Below, one piece after another: positions 1 through 45,089 of a DNA stretch of 64,000 bases (position 1 is its first letter; the number at the start of each line of letters is the position of its first letter). Origin of the DNA: the human T2T-CHM13v2.0 reference genome, Homo sapiens. Under the pieces are notes generated by a model that ran no database searches, was not told where the DNA came from, and worked only from the letters and a program-made list of their open reading frames with translations. Position numbers and translations under genes: made by a program. Where the stretch lies: assembly GCF_009914755.1 (NCBI RefSeq), contig NC_060925.1; one strand, given 5' to 3'.

Positions 1-825
<825 letters not shown>

Positions 826-1376
826 TAGATGTGCCGTAGCTTCAAGTTTTACATGTAGGTCTAATTTAGGTTGTGTGATACAATGGGTTTGCATTTAGAA
901 GGGTCCTCTGGCAGCAGCAAGGAAGGTTTTCGGAGGGTGATAGCCTAGGGCCTGAAACTACTGAGACTTGGAGAGAAGTGATGGTGGCTTTCACTAGGTG
1001 ATAGTAGTGAAGGATATCGAAATGAATTAAAATACTGGGGATGTAGAATGACTGGACTTAATGGCTTGAGGGAAGTGTCCAGAATGATTCCTGGGTTTCT
1101 TACGCACAACACTGAGGGTAGATAACTTGCTTGTACGTTTTTTGCACTTCAAATTGGTCCTCAATAAATAGTTTTTCCTTTGGGGAGGTTATGATTGAAA
1201 TTTGGCCAGTCAGGGATACAGTTTTCTCAAACAACACTCTTGTATCAGTTCCCTTTTTGGGTACTGCCTGGAGCCCAGTATTGAACCCTGTCCTCCCAAG
1301 CCCAAAGACCTTTGCCTCCCATAGTACCAGGAAAGGTGCCCAAGTTCTTTTACACACAAGGTGCGCAGAGCGGCCA

Positions 1377-1386
1377 GCGCATGCCC
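1377..1386. promoter_or_regulatory. NRF1-like site GCGCATGCCC
   Basis: One mismatch to the GCGCATGCGC palindrome, inside the CpG island. Confidence 0.45.
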
Positions 1387-1433
1387 AGAGAGGTCGTAAG
1401 GAGGACGACCGCCCGGAGAGAAAGGACGCACGC

Positions 1434-1446
1434 TTCCCGCCATTTT
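1434..1446 (+). promoter_or_regulatory. YY1 site (CGCCATTTT) overlapping an E2F-like TTCCCGC
   Basis: TTCCCGCCATTTT read directly; CGCCATNTT is the YY1 consensus. Confidence 0.65.
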
Positions 1447-1480
1447 GTTCAGCTTGCCGGGCAACCGGCCCCTGCTGGGG

Positions 1481-1500
1481 ACTACAAGTCCCGTAAGCCT
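1481..1500 (+). promoter_or_regulatory. ZNF143/THAP11 (SBS) motif ACTACAAGTCCC
   Basis: Matches the ACTACAnnTCCC promoter motif, upstream of exon 1. Confidence 0.75.
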
Positions 1501-1569
1501 CCGCGGCGGCACGTCCTACCCTACACTGTCCAGCCGGCTCCCTTTTTCCCCCTCCCCGGGGGCCAAGGG

Positions 1570-1658
1570 CTCCGGCTGCTGCCTGGCGGCCAACGGGCCA
1601 GGTAGGATTTCCGGGAGAGGCTGCTGTGGAGGCTGAGGAGGCGGCGGCGGAGATCTGG
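1570..1658 (+). other. PHACTR4: Non-coding exon 1 (5' boundary approximate; the TSS cannot be fixed from sequence)
   Basis: GC-rich leader with a GGCGGCGGCGG run and an ETS-like TTCCGG, ending in ATCTGG|GTAAGT (consensus donor at 1659); no ATG. Confidence 0.8.
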
Positions 1659-1806
1659 GTAAGTTCAGCGAGCAAGGGAAAGTGAGCAGGACGCGCTCAG
1701 TATCAGGCTGCGGCCTCCTCTCAGGCTGCGGCCCCTTTCTTGGCTCTGCGAGAGGGTCCCGGTCCGGGCAGAAGGTAACGGCCCGGGTCGCCGTCGCTTC
1801 GGGCCA

Positions 1807-1820
1807 GGGCGGGGCGGGGC
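1807..1820 (+). promoter_or_regulatory. Tandem GC boxes (Sp/KLF) GGGCGGGGCGGGGC
   Basis: Direct motif match in proximal intron 1. Confidence 0.6.
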
Positions 1821-2644
1821 CGCCGCCTCCCTCCTCGGCCCTCCCACAACGGTCCAACCCGGGCTTCTCCGCCTGAGGCAGGGCCCGCGCAGGCTCGCCC
1901 TCTCCGCCCCCCGAGACTTGGCTGGGCCCTTTTGTCTGGGCTGCGTTGCTCCCCCTTTGTGTCCGTGCATGGAGTCTCCGCCACGGGGGAGCCTGTTCCC
2001 CCGGTCCCCAACAGGGACTGCTCCCTGGGGATCCGGTTACAGTAACCGGATCGGGTCAAAGTACATTTTTCAAAACCGTCCTGCCTCAGACCTCTGCACC
2101 CCTGCTGGGCAGAACGGGGGCTTCGGAGCCAGGCGGAGTTTCTGTAAAAACCTGGAGGTTATTATTTAACTTTCAAACATCAGCCTGGGCGGCTTCAGGG
2201 CACGAAACTCCCGACGTTTTTCTTGGTGGAGAGATGAGATTAAGGAAAAGAAGCGACCCCTCTCTCCCACCCTCTACACCCCGGCTCCGGGAAACCGGGA
2301 AGGCATCGAATTTGCTGCGATGTCTGTGCAGCTCACATCTGTGATCGGTGGACCAAAGAACCAGTGGTGAATGGTAGAATGGCAGTTCACGCACCTCCCA
2401 AATCTCGGAGGAGAGTGACTTACAGGGCATCACTGATTGCTTGCAAAAAAAAAAAACCCTCCAGTGCTTCATTCGGACACTCAGCTCCTCGCTCCTTCCA
2501 ACCTCTTCCTTTTCTTGTTCTTTTTAAAACAAACAGTGGAAGGAAAAAGTCCTTCAGTGGAAGAATTTGCTTTATAGAGGAACCAGAAACCCAGTGGCTT
2601 CTAGAAGTCACTTACTTTTTCGCCAAATTAAAGAAATGAATTTC

Positions 2645-2767
2645 GGGCGTGGTGGCGCGCGCCTGTAATGCCAACTATTCTGGAGGCTGAGGCAGGAGAA
2701 TCGCTTGAGGCCAGAAGTTCGCGACCAGCCTGGGCAACACAGCAAGACCCCATCTTAAAAAAAAAAG
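2645..2767 (+). mobile_element. FLAM-type Alu monomer
   Basis: Single left-monomer-like unit with an A tail; flanks AAAGAAATGAA / AAAGGAATGAA resemble a TSD. Confidence 0.8.
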
Positions 2768-2961
2768 GAATGAAGCCCGTTTAGAAATGAAGCCAGTTTA
2801 GGGGATGAGGTGTGGTAGATTCTTACCGGAAACCGCGGAACTGCGTGGATTGTGGATTCGATCAAATTTGGCTAGATAATGGTAACTGTGTATGTCCTCC
2901 TGTTGGAAGACTGCATTGCTAGAATCAGCTTAAGGTAAAATTTGTTTGTTTGTTTCATTTA

Positions 2962-5574
<2,613 letters not shown>

Positions 5575-5594
5575 TAAACAAATTAATACACATT

Positions 5595-5760
5595 GTGTCA
5601 TTTAATCCTCACTACAGTTCTGTGAGATGGTTGTTACTCTCATTTTACAGCTGATAAAGCCTAGCCTCTAAAATGTTGAAGTGACTTGCCCAAGGTTATA
5701 GTTAACCCAGGTAGGAAATATCAGAGTAAACCATACTTCAAATCTAGTCCTCTTTCAGTT
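5595..5760 (-). mobile_element. MIR
   Basis: TCATTTAATCCTCAC...CATTTTACAG...AAGTGACTTGCCCAAGGT core. Confidence 0.75.
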
Positions 5761-6849
5761 ACCTCACACTTATTACAGCTACTAATCTTAGCAGCACCAA
5801 CAGCTTTAATTTGCTAAAATCTAAATATTGGAGAAAATGGAAAATATTTTCCAATTAAGGCAAATTGATTTACAAGGAACTGGAATTTCTGGAACCATAA
5901 ACAATGAGTCTTTCTCTTAAATTATATTGAACATTGGTCCCATTACTTTGTCTTCTCATATGCTGTGATTACCTTGTGCCTAGGCAGAATGGCAGTTTTA
6001 TGCAACGCTCAAAAAGTGGTGAGTTACTCAGTTTTGGTTCCCCCTAATCTTTGCTATAAGGTTTATTAAATATGTTGGAGAACATAAATACAATAGCTTT
6101 GGCTGCTGAAACTAACATTGAAGACAGAACCAAAATTAAGATACTGTACTTTTTTAGTCAGACCATCGGGACTCAAGAGAATGCTCTCTCTAGTTTCTGC
6201 TTTTAATAAAAACTTTTAATCAGTTTCAAACCTGCAGTTAAGTCTTGGATTTATGTTAGTACATGCCATGAATGTGACATCAGAAACAGAAACCTATTTC
6301 ACCTCCCTTACTTATTAGGTAAAATGCATAACATGCCAATGGAATTGAGTCAATACAATTATGTAGTCTAGCCTTTCTAACTGGTAGTAGCCTGTTTGAA
6401 ATCTTTTATTATTGCATTATAATGGGAAAGAACTTTTTTTCCTTGTGCTTTTGCTGTTGGTTTACTTCATTTCCAAAACCATCTGTTCATTCAGTCAACA
6501 AATACGGAAAGTCTGTTATATTCTAGGCACTGTTGTAGACATTGAGGACAAAACAGTGAAAACAAGTATTTTCCCTCTTGGGGTTTACCTACTGATTAGG
6601 GTTGGCTGGGAAGAGGAAGGAGTCTGACAGTAAATAAGCACTAAATAAATAAAATTCCCTCATATAACTGCAACCTTGAGCAACTCAACCTCTTTGAGCT
6701 TTAGTTTTCTTGTCTTTAACATGGATGTAATTGATTCCTGCTCTTCCTATCTTGTGGATTGTTTCTAAGAGGGAGTAGAATAAGTATTTGGATACATTAT
6801 TCGCTTCAAATTCCTGTAGCAAGTTATTTTTACTACTATTAGAAGAAGA

Positions 6850-18455
<11,606 letters not shown>

Positions 18456-18876
18456 TGGCGGTGTGAGCCACCGTGCCCAGCCTTGTGTTTTTTTAAATAA
18501 TGCTATCCAATTATTTTCAGTAGCAATTGATTTGTGAGGGCATTTTGAACCTTGTAAGACACCAAATAATGACGTGTTTTTATTAGTCTTGTGATACTAG
18601 TATCCACCTAGGTCATTAGATATTTAAAATCTGCACTTTATATAGGACCAACGATATTTAAAAAAATAGTGAAGTATCTTTCTTACACTAGTGTTGATGA
18701 TGTGTATATTTCTTGTTTACCTGAGTATAGGGCTCATAGAGAAATGGTTGTTCTTTGGGAAAGCTTAGGTGAGTTGATTGTTTATTAAGCAAGCTTAAAA
18801 ATTAGAGCCCTCAGGCTGGGCGAGATGGCTCACGCCTGTAATCCCAGCACTTTGGGAGGTTGAGGCAGGTGGATCA

Positions 18877-19113
<237 letters not shown>

Positions 19114-19585
19114 TCAGAGCCCTCAAACAGTTTTCCCCCTCCTCCAGTGAGTGACAAATAGAAAGAGGGAGGATTCCAAGAGATAATATTTAAAAATAGC
19201 CTTACATCTTCTTCCCTTCATTCATGGATTAATCCCTGTTAAAAATGCTGCCAGTAAATAGCAAAGAATAACTGTATAGAACCAATCATAGGATATAAAA
19301 GGACTTTCTTCTTCCTTTTACTTGCACATACCCAATTTTGCCTCCTGTCCCTTCCTCTAAATTTGAATTTATTTCAGGGTGAGCATTATGATTCAGGATA
19401 TCAGTGCACCTTTGCTGTATGTATTAAAGGGTGAAAGGCTGGGCATGGTGGCTCATACCTGTAATCCCAGCACTTTGCGGGGGCTGAGGCTGGAGGATTG
19501 CCTGAGGCTAGGAGTTTGAGACCAGCCTGGGCAGCATAGCAAGACACTGTCTCTACAAAAAACAATTTTTTTTTTTTTGAGATAG

Positions 19586-19954
<369 letters not shown>

Positions 19955-20045
19955 TGAGGATGCAGTAAGCTGTGATGGTGCCATTATGCTGCAGCCTGGA
20001 CGACAGAGTGAGACTCTGTCTCAAAAAAAACACCAAAAAAAGATG

Positions 20046-24998
<4,953 letters not shown>

Positions 24999-25218
24999 TG
25001 GCACAATCTCTTTTAAGCTATTGGTGATACCAATAAGATTGGGAATTTTACTAACAATCTTTTACATACTTTACCTTCTTAAATAAAATTAGGTAAGAGA
25101 TAGGACTTCTGGGACAACATCTTTATATACTTGGGAGAAGGGTTCATCCTTCCACTATGGCAACACTAATTTATTGGTAAATGCAAACCACTATAGTAGG
25201 CTCATTCTATTAAATGAA

Positions 25219-26085
<867 letters not shown>

Positions 26086-26223
26086 AAAAAAAAAAAAAAA
26101 GAAAGAGGGACGGAGGGAAGGAAAGGAGGGAGGGAGGAAGGAAGAGGGAGGAGAGAGACAGAGCAGAGAGAGAAAGGAAGGAAAGGAAAGGAAGAAAGAA
26201 AAAAAGAAAAAAAAGAAAAGAAA
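26086..26223 (+). repeat. ~135-bp A/G-rich low-complexity purine tract
   Basis: Almost entirely A/G (GGAA/GGGA/GAAA units). Confidence 0.9.
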
Positions 26224-31150
<4,927 letters not shown>

Positions 31151-31410
31151 TATATATGATGAATAATTTTGTGTTGATGAAATTTCTGCTGTGTATAAAT
31201 ATTTTTTGAGTTTAGTATGTCTCTACTGTTAAGTGATATGGCATGATTTATTTCTTTTACCACTTTTCGGTATTCACATTGCCAGGAAACTTGTTCCTTT
31301 GAAGTTATTTGGTTTTCTCATGGCTCACATACGTCATGGATACTTACCTAATTCCATTTCTATTAATTTCTTGTTGGTCTCGGACTATGTAGTACTGTTT
31401 GGTGCTAGTG

Positions 31411-34310
<2,900 letters not shown>

Positions 34311-34935
34311 GTTGGCCTATGTCTGTAATCCCAACACTTTGGGAGGCCAAGATGGGAGGATCACTTGAGGTAAGGAGTTTGAGACCAGCCTAGATAACAT
34401 AGTGAGACCCCGTCTCTACAAAAATTTTTAAAAATTTAGGCCGGGCACCTAATTTGGTGCTTACTAGGTGCTGTGGCTCACCATATAGGTTTGAGCATCA
34501 TCTGTTTATGGGTGGTTACAGAGGCCATAGGAATATTTCTGTCTTGCACAGGTGTCCAGTTAGTGGAAACACAAAGTAGGCTTCTCCTCTGCAAAAACTA
34601 CACAGGATTTTTCTAGCAAGACATGCTTCTGTTTGTGATTCTGTAAGAACAGGGGTATTTTGTTAATGGAAACTTTCCATCACAAACCAGGATCATCCCC
34701 TAGGATTGATATTATAACAACATCAATCAAAAGAAGTAAATGATTTCTGTGGCTTTGGAAGAGTTCAGTATAATCTAATAGAGAAATTAAAGGTCTATAA
34801 GAGTCCCTTGGAACATGTGAAAGGACCATGTGGTATTGAAAATTGCGATCTGTGATTTCGATAGCTTAATATTAGAATTGGAAGGTATCAGATGGCTGGC
34901 AAACTGTCAGTAAAGTCCTATTCTTAAAGGAGTAC

Positions 34936-35349
34936 TGTCCTAGGTTGGGTTATCTTTGAGGCAGACTCTGATAGTATAGCCTGAAGAATGCTTATTAGGA
35001 AGTGCCCTTGGGATCAACACCCGTAGAAGGGAGGGGACAGGAGCAGCAGTATTTGGCCATAGGGAGAAGTCAAGTGGCAATAGAGATCCAACAGGAGCCT
35101 TAGTGGACCCCACGGGGGCTCTGGAGCTAAAATGACCTTTTAGAGTTGTCTTATATGTGCTGTAACGGCTGGGCTTACACCCTGGTCTTGATTGGATGTG
35201 GACCCCTGAGAAGGTTGTGACCTTCCTTGAGTCAACTCTTCATATCTGAGGCACTCCCTGAAAGGATTGACAGTTGTAGGCTGTCTCCCAACAGCAGTCC
35301 TGTCATTCCTTAATGGAGGATCCAGCCAGTGCAACAGCATGCTACCACA
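34936..35349 (-). mobile_element. LTR33-like ERVL solo LTR
   Basis: Minus strand begins TGTGGTAG and contains GACAACTCT...AGCTCCAGAGCCCCCGTGGGGTC, as in the recalled LTR33 consensus. Confidence 0.7.
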
Positions 35350-35399
35350 GTATACCCTTGTGTTGCTCAGATCTACTACTTAAAAAACAAAAAAACAGT

Positions 35400-37394
<1,995 letters not shown>

Positions 37395-37511
37395 TGATCC
37401 ACCCATCTCGACCTCCCAAAGTGCTGGGATTACAGGTGTGAACCACCACGCCTGGCCCCAAGTATGTGTATTTCAATTTCACATTCAGTGACCAGGGAAT
37501 GACCACCAGTT

Positions 37512-38398
<887 letters not shown>

Positions 38399-39240
38399 TG
38401 AGCCACTGCGCCCGGCCCTACAACTGCATCTTACTCCCAAGTTTCTCCAGTCATTCCTGTCAGTAGGTTGTGACTTATAAAAAGCAGGCTCTGAATTGGA
38501 GTTTAGTATTTAGACTGTTAGGGAATGACCTTAGGATAAAAACCACAGGAGGAGTAGGAAGCTGGGTAGGGCAGATTTGACACTTGCCTTGATTGGGGGT
38601 GCAGGAGGTTGTATATTATACTTAGTCAACTTTCTTTTGAAACGTTTTTTGTTTTATTTTCATACTTGAGTGGATAAACTTACAGCTTACTGAACCATCC
38701 TCCTGTGTCTAAAATAACTTCCATTTTCCTTAGGCAAAACCAATTCCCTTCTTCAAAGATGTTCCTCATGCCCTTTCTCAGGTGTTGTATTTTTCTTACA
38801 AAAAAACTTGCCTTTTTCCCTATACTCTAGTAAATTCAAAATGAGGATTGGAAAGGGAGCTTATTTGAGGAAACTGACAATAATATATTTTAAGACAAAA
38901 ATTAGCCTTAAATGTTTTATGATAATCTAGTATTGTACATCTGTATCTCAATTCCCCTAAAATAACTCCCAGCCTGGCACAGTCTCAGGCTGTTGTAATC
39001 CTCAAGAGGCTGACATGGGAGGCTCACTTGAGCCCAAGAATTAAAATCTAGTCTGGGCAACATAAGGAGATCCTGTCTCAAAAAAAAAAAAAAAACTATC
39101 ATTTAATAAGTTGTACATTTCTATAATGTTCCACTTTTAAACTATAGTCAATGTTACTGAATTAGGATTATTTTTTTAAAAGCATAAAAGGTGATGGACT
39201 ATATGTATTAAGTGTATCATTTACCTTTTTCTCTTTTTAG

Positions 39241-39294
39241 AAACAGTATCTCACCTCCCTAAACTGGTTAATAGTGGCATGGAAGATCCATTTG
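39241..39294 (+). other. PHACTR4: Exon 2 (54 nt: 38 nt 5'UTR + 16 nt CDS)
   Basis: Strong acceptor ...CTCTTTTTAG| and donor TTTG|GTGAGT, in unique sequence. Confidence 0.9.
39279..39294 (+). CDS. PHACTR4: First coding segment of phosphatase and actin regulator 4 (M-E-D-P-F plus a phase-1 G); CDS continues beyond the window
   Basis: GGC ATG G strong Kozak context. MEDPF followed by a G-initial codon matches the recalled PHACTR4 N-terminus (MEDPFEEADQ...). The identification rests on only 5 codons plus gene architecture. Confidence 0.85.
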
Positions 39295-39410
39295 GTGAGT
39301 ATCACCTACATTGTTCTTAGTAAATGACATTTCTGTTTTATCCTCACCTCCATTAAAGCTTTGAGAGTAAATTGGTTTTTTTTCATATTCAGTATGCTAC
39401 TCTCTAGAAT

Positions 39411-39640
39411 AATGGGTCTCAAACTTTTTGCTTCTATAAGAATTCAGTTATATATTTAATGATAGAGTGCCAATTACCTTTTGTTTATGTGACATATCTA
39501 TTGATGTTTGCTGTATTACAAATTAAACCTGAGAAACTTTAAAAATATTAATTTGTTTAAAAACAACATTGATAAACCCATTATATATTACACAAATAAC
39601 ATTTTTAATTAAAAAAATCAAGAACCATTTGACAAGATAA
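39411..39640. mobile_element. Charlie1-like hAT terminal fragment
   Basis: TCTCAAACTTTTTG...TTTTGTTTATGTG...ATAAACCCATTA resembles the recalled Charlie1 end. Confidence 0.55.
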
Positions 39641-39730
39641 AATGAGAAATTTAAATTTCTCTATCTTAGCCAGGAGTGGTGGCTCACGCCTATAATCCTA
39701 GCACTTTGGGAAGCTGAGGCAGGCAGATCA

Positions 39731-39982
<252 letters not shown>

Positions 39983-41525
39983 TTAATCACTCAGTAACTT
40001 ATGTATACTTCTCTTTGGTTGGAAATGTAGTTCTGCTCATATTTCAGAAACAATGTGTGCTTTGTAGTGCTTCATTAGTACTTGGCCAATGGAAGATAAC
40101 ATGAAAGTGACTGGGCGCAGTGGCTCATGCCTGTAATCCCAGCACTTTGGGAGGCTGAGATGGGCAGATCACTTGAGGTCAGGAGTTTGAGACCAGCCTG
40201 GCTGACATGGTGAAACCCCATCTACTAAAAATACAAAAATTAGCTGGGCATGGTAGTGGGTGCCTGTAATCTCAGCTACTCAGGAGGTTGAGGCAGGAGA
40301 AACACTTGAGGCCTGGAAGGCGGAGGTTGCAGTAAGCCGGGATCATGCCACTGCACTCCAGCCTCGGCAACACAGGGAGACTCTGTCTTAAAAGAAAAGA
40401 AAAGAGAAAGATAACGTGGAAGTAATCATAATAGCAGGCATGTGTAATATATATGTACGTGTGTGTGTCTATATATGTGTGTGTGTGTATATATATATAT
40501 ATTTTTTTTTAATTTATTTTTTTTGAGATAGTGTCTCACTCTGTCGCCCAGGCTGGAGTGCAGTGGCACCATCACAGCTCACTGCAGCCTTGACCTCCCG
40601 GGCTCAGGCAATCCTTTCAACTCAGCCTCCTGAGTAGCTGGGACTATAGGTGTGCACCCCTATGCCCGACTGATTTTTTTTTTTTTTTTTGGTAGAGATA
40701 GGGCTTTGCCTTGTTGAGCAGGCGGCTCTGGAATTCATAGGCTCAAGGGATCCACCTGCCTTGGCCTCCCAGAGTGTTAGAATTACAGGCGTGAGCCACT
40801 GCACCCAGCCTAATATTTCTAATTAAGTTTAGCCTGTGTATATTTCATCTAGCAACATGAGTAAAGGAATGTAAGTCTAGATATACAAAGGTTTAATGTC
40901 TGCCTTTTTGGCGATAAAGTCATTTACTGTGTGTGGAACCCCTTTTCTTTCTTTCTTTTTTTTTTTTTTTTCCAAGACTGGATATCACTGTGTTGCCCAG
41001 GCTGGAGTTCAGTGGCTATTCACAGAAGCAATCATAGCATGCTACATCCTTGAACTCCTGGGCTCAAGCAGTCTTCCTGCTTTAGCCTCCCACTGTGTTT
41101 GGATGGTAAGGGGTGAAGAAGACTGAGTAAAGAGGCTGTTGCATTCAGCATTAATTATGCATATTTCCCACGTAGCTAGGACTACAGGCATACTCCACCA
41201 CTCCTGGCCCTATTTTTAACTGATGCTCATTTCAAAGTGAGAGATATGTCTTAGGATATCAGATTTTTTGAAACCATAACATTGACTAGGAAGACTAGTT
41301 AGGAAGTACTTTTCATTTTAAAATACACATTAGCAAAAAAGAAAAAAAAGAAATCAGAGGCAGTTTTACTTGTTTAATTTCAGCGTACTGGAGGAAGCAT
41401 CCGATTCAAGCATTTTCTGATCCTTCATCACACGGAAAGAAGTCTGAATCCCTTTTTATGCCAGTGCAGCTTGAGGAAGTATAGTAAAAATACTACTATA
41501 TAATACTAACTGAGGTTAGGCTTTT

Positions 41526-43295
<1,770 letters not shown>

Positions 43296-43637
43296 TGAGA
43301 TTATTTTTTTCTAAACACTTATTTAAATCTTGGAATTTGTAAATTAACATTCATTCAATCATAATATGGAGTTTATAGGAAAACAGAAATGACTCATATT
43401 TAACTACCATTCTCCTCTGTCTCCATTTTTCCTTCTAAATGTTATAATGATTTTTTTCTTAGTTGTTTACTATACATATACACACATATACATATGATAA
43501 GAATTTGGTGTACTCAGTGTCATTTGACAAAGAAAAGAATTGAGGATGTAAAATGAGTTTGTTTCTTTTGGTGGAGTGAGAATTTTGTTATAATCAAGTT
43601 AGCTAATAATTAAGTAGAAATATTGAAAAAGAGATAA

Positions 43638-43770
43638 AAGACTACACATTGGGTACAGTGTACACGGCTTGGATGATGGTTGCACCAGAATCTTAGAAAT
43701 CACCACTAAAGAACGTATTCATGTAACCAAATACTACCCATTCCCCAAAACCTATTGAAGTAAAAAATGA
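43638..43770 (+). mobile_element. L1PB-type 3' terminal fragment
   Basis: AGACTACACATTGGGTACAGTGTACAC...GAAATCACCACTAAAGAAC...CCCAAAACCTATTGAA followed by an A-rich tail. Confidence 0.8.
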
Positions 43771-43805
43771 CATAAAAAAGGAAAAAAAGAAAACAGAAAC
43801 CACCC

Positions 43806-43889
43806 AAAAGAAAGAAAGAAAGAACGAATGAACAAAAGAAAGAAAGAACGAATGAACAAAAGAAAGAAAGAAAGAGAAAGAAAGAAAGA
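43806..43889 (+). repeat. (GAAA)n compound microsatellite derived from the L1 tail
   Basis: GAAA units with two copies of GAACGAATGAACAAAA. Confidence 0.9.
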
Positions 43890-43999
43890 ATTATTTGTGG
43901 TATTCTGGAAATAAAAGTAGTGAGGGATTTTTACGAATAAAGTACCAGAAGGATAGACCTAAGGTCTCTAGGACCTTTTCTACCTGGACAGATGCTTAC

Positions 44000-44725
44000 A
44001 CATTTCATTATATAATATTTAAATATCATGTTCGTTAATATCACTATTGGTCTCGTTGAAAAAAATGTTAAATGTTGGGAAGCTGTCAAGCTCATTCTGG
44101 ATGTAAATTTTCCAAAATAGGAATTTCACTTGAAAGCTTGAATTCTATCACTAGCAACAAATACTGTTAATTTTCTTTATTAGTGACAGGCTTACTTTTG
44201 AGAAAATGCCTGTCAGCTATCTAAGCTTGAATAACATAGCTTGTTGTTCAGTCTTTCAAGTAAAAATAGTATTCCATGAAGAAAACTGTCTAGTTCAGTT
44301 TGCAACTCAGTCACACAAATGCCTTTCCTGGAGATAACCATCATACTTAGTATACAAATGTGCTTTATACATATTTCTGTTTCATCATAAACAGTAATAA
44401 AAATATATGTACTAAAGGGTTGATATTTATTAAAACTAATATTTTTTATTGCTTTATCAAGGACATTCTTAAAGTTGAATTTATTTTTCACTGTAACTGT
44501 GTAGTTGTGAAGAATACAATGATTTCTGCTACAGTTTGGTGCTGTTGCCTTGATTTGTGTTAAGGTGCTAACAGTTTTGCTCACCATTGCTTTTGTACCA
44601 TCAGTGCAAGTGTCAACACAGTGGAAAAGGCAAATAATTTTTTTGTATTCTTATGTATTTAGTTTTACCTCTTGGACTTCTGAAAGGATCTCAGGGATCC
44701 CCAGAGATCAGCAGATTATACTTGC
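44000..44725. mobile_element. Charlie1a/b hAT fragment
   Basis: CACTTGAAAGCTTGAATT...GCAACAAATACTG...GTGACAGGCT and ACCATCAGTGCAAGTGTCAACACAGTG resemble the recalled Charlie1 consensus. Confidence 0.75.
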
Positions 44726-44911
44726 TTCATTTTCCTGAGGTTCCTAGAGGCCCTTCTATGGAAGTCATGAGTAAAGTTAAGATTTAATCCTGGAGATTGT
44801 ATTGGGCAGGGTTTCAGTGTGGACTAGGTCTTGGACATTTGACAGAAATATGGTCAGAGGGAGTGATTAGCTCTGTGGTTTCTCCTAAGCAGGAGTACCC
44901 TGCACCACTAC

Positions 44912-45089
44912 CCCCGGGCCACAGGAGGTGAGCAGTGGGCCAGTGAGCATTACAGTCTGAGCTCCACCTCCTGTCAGATCAGTGATTAGGTGGAACAGTT
45001 TCATCCCAAACCACCCCAACACCCCCGTCTGTAGAAAAATTGTCTTCCATGAACCTGGTCCCTGGTGCCAAAAAGGTTGGGGACCGCTG
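44912..45089. mobile_element. MER1B-like hAT MITE (internally deleted)
   Basis: GAGCTCCACCTCCTGTCAGATCAG and the terminus CCTGGTGCCAAAAAGGTTGGGGACCGCTG. Confidence 0.8.

Larger units (their letters stand above)
1360..2350 (+). promoter_or_regulatory. PHACTR4: CpG island / TATA-less promoter spanning exon 1 and the start of intron 1
   Basis: Abrupt switch to GC-rich, CpG-dense, non-repetitive sequence in an otherwise CpG-depleted window; contains housekeeping promoter motifs and a consensus splice donor. Confidence 0.93.

Noticed and set aside
1100-2472. Overlapping 100-190 aa ORFs on both strands over the promoter
   Set aside because: Expected from stop-codon scarcity in a GC-rich CpG island; no recognisable domain, and several cross the splice donor.
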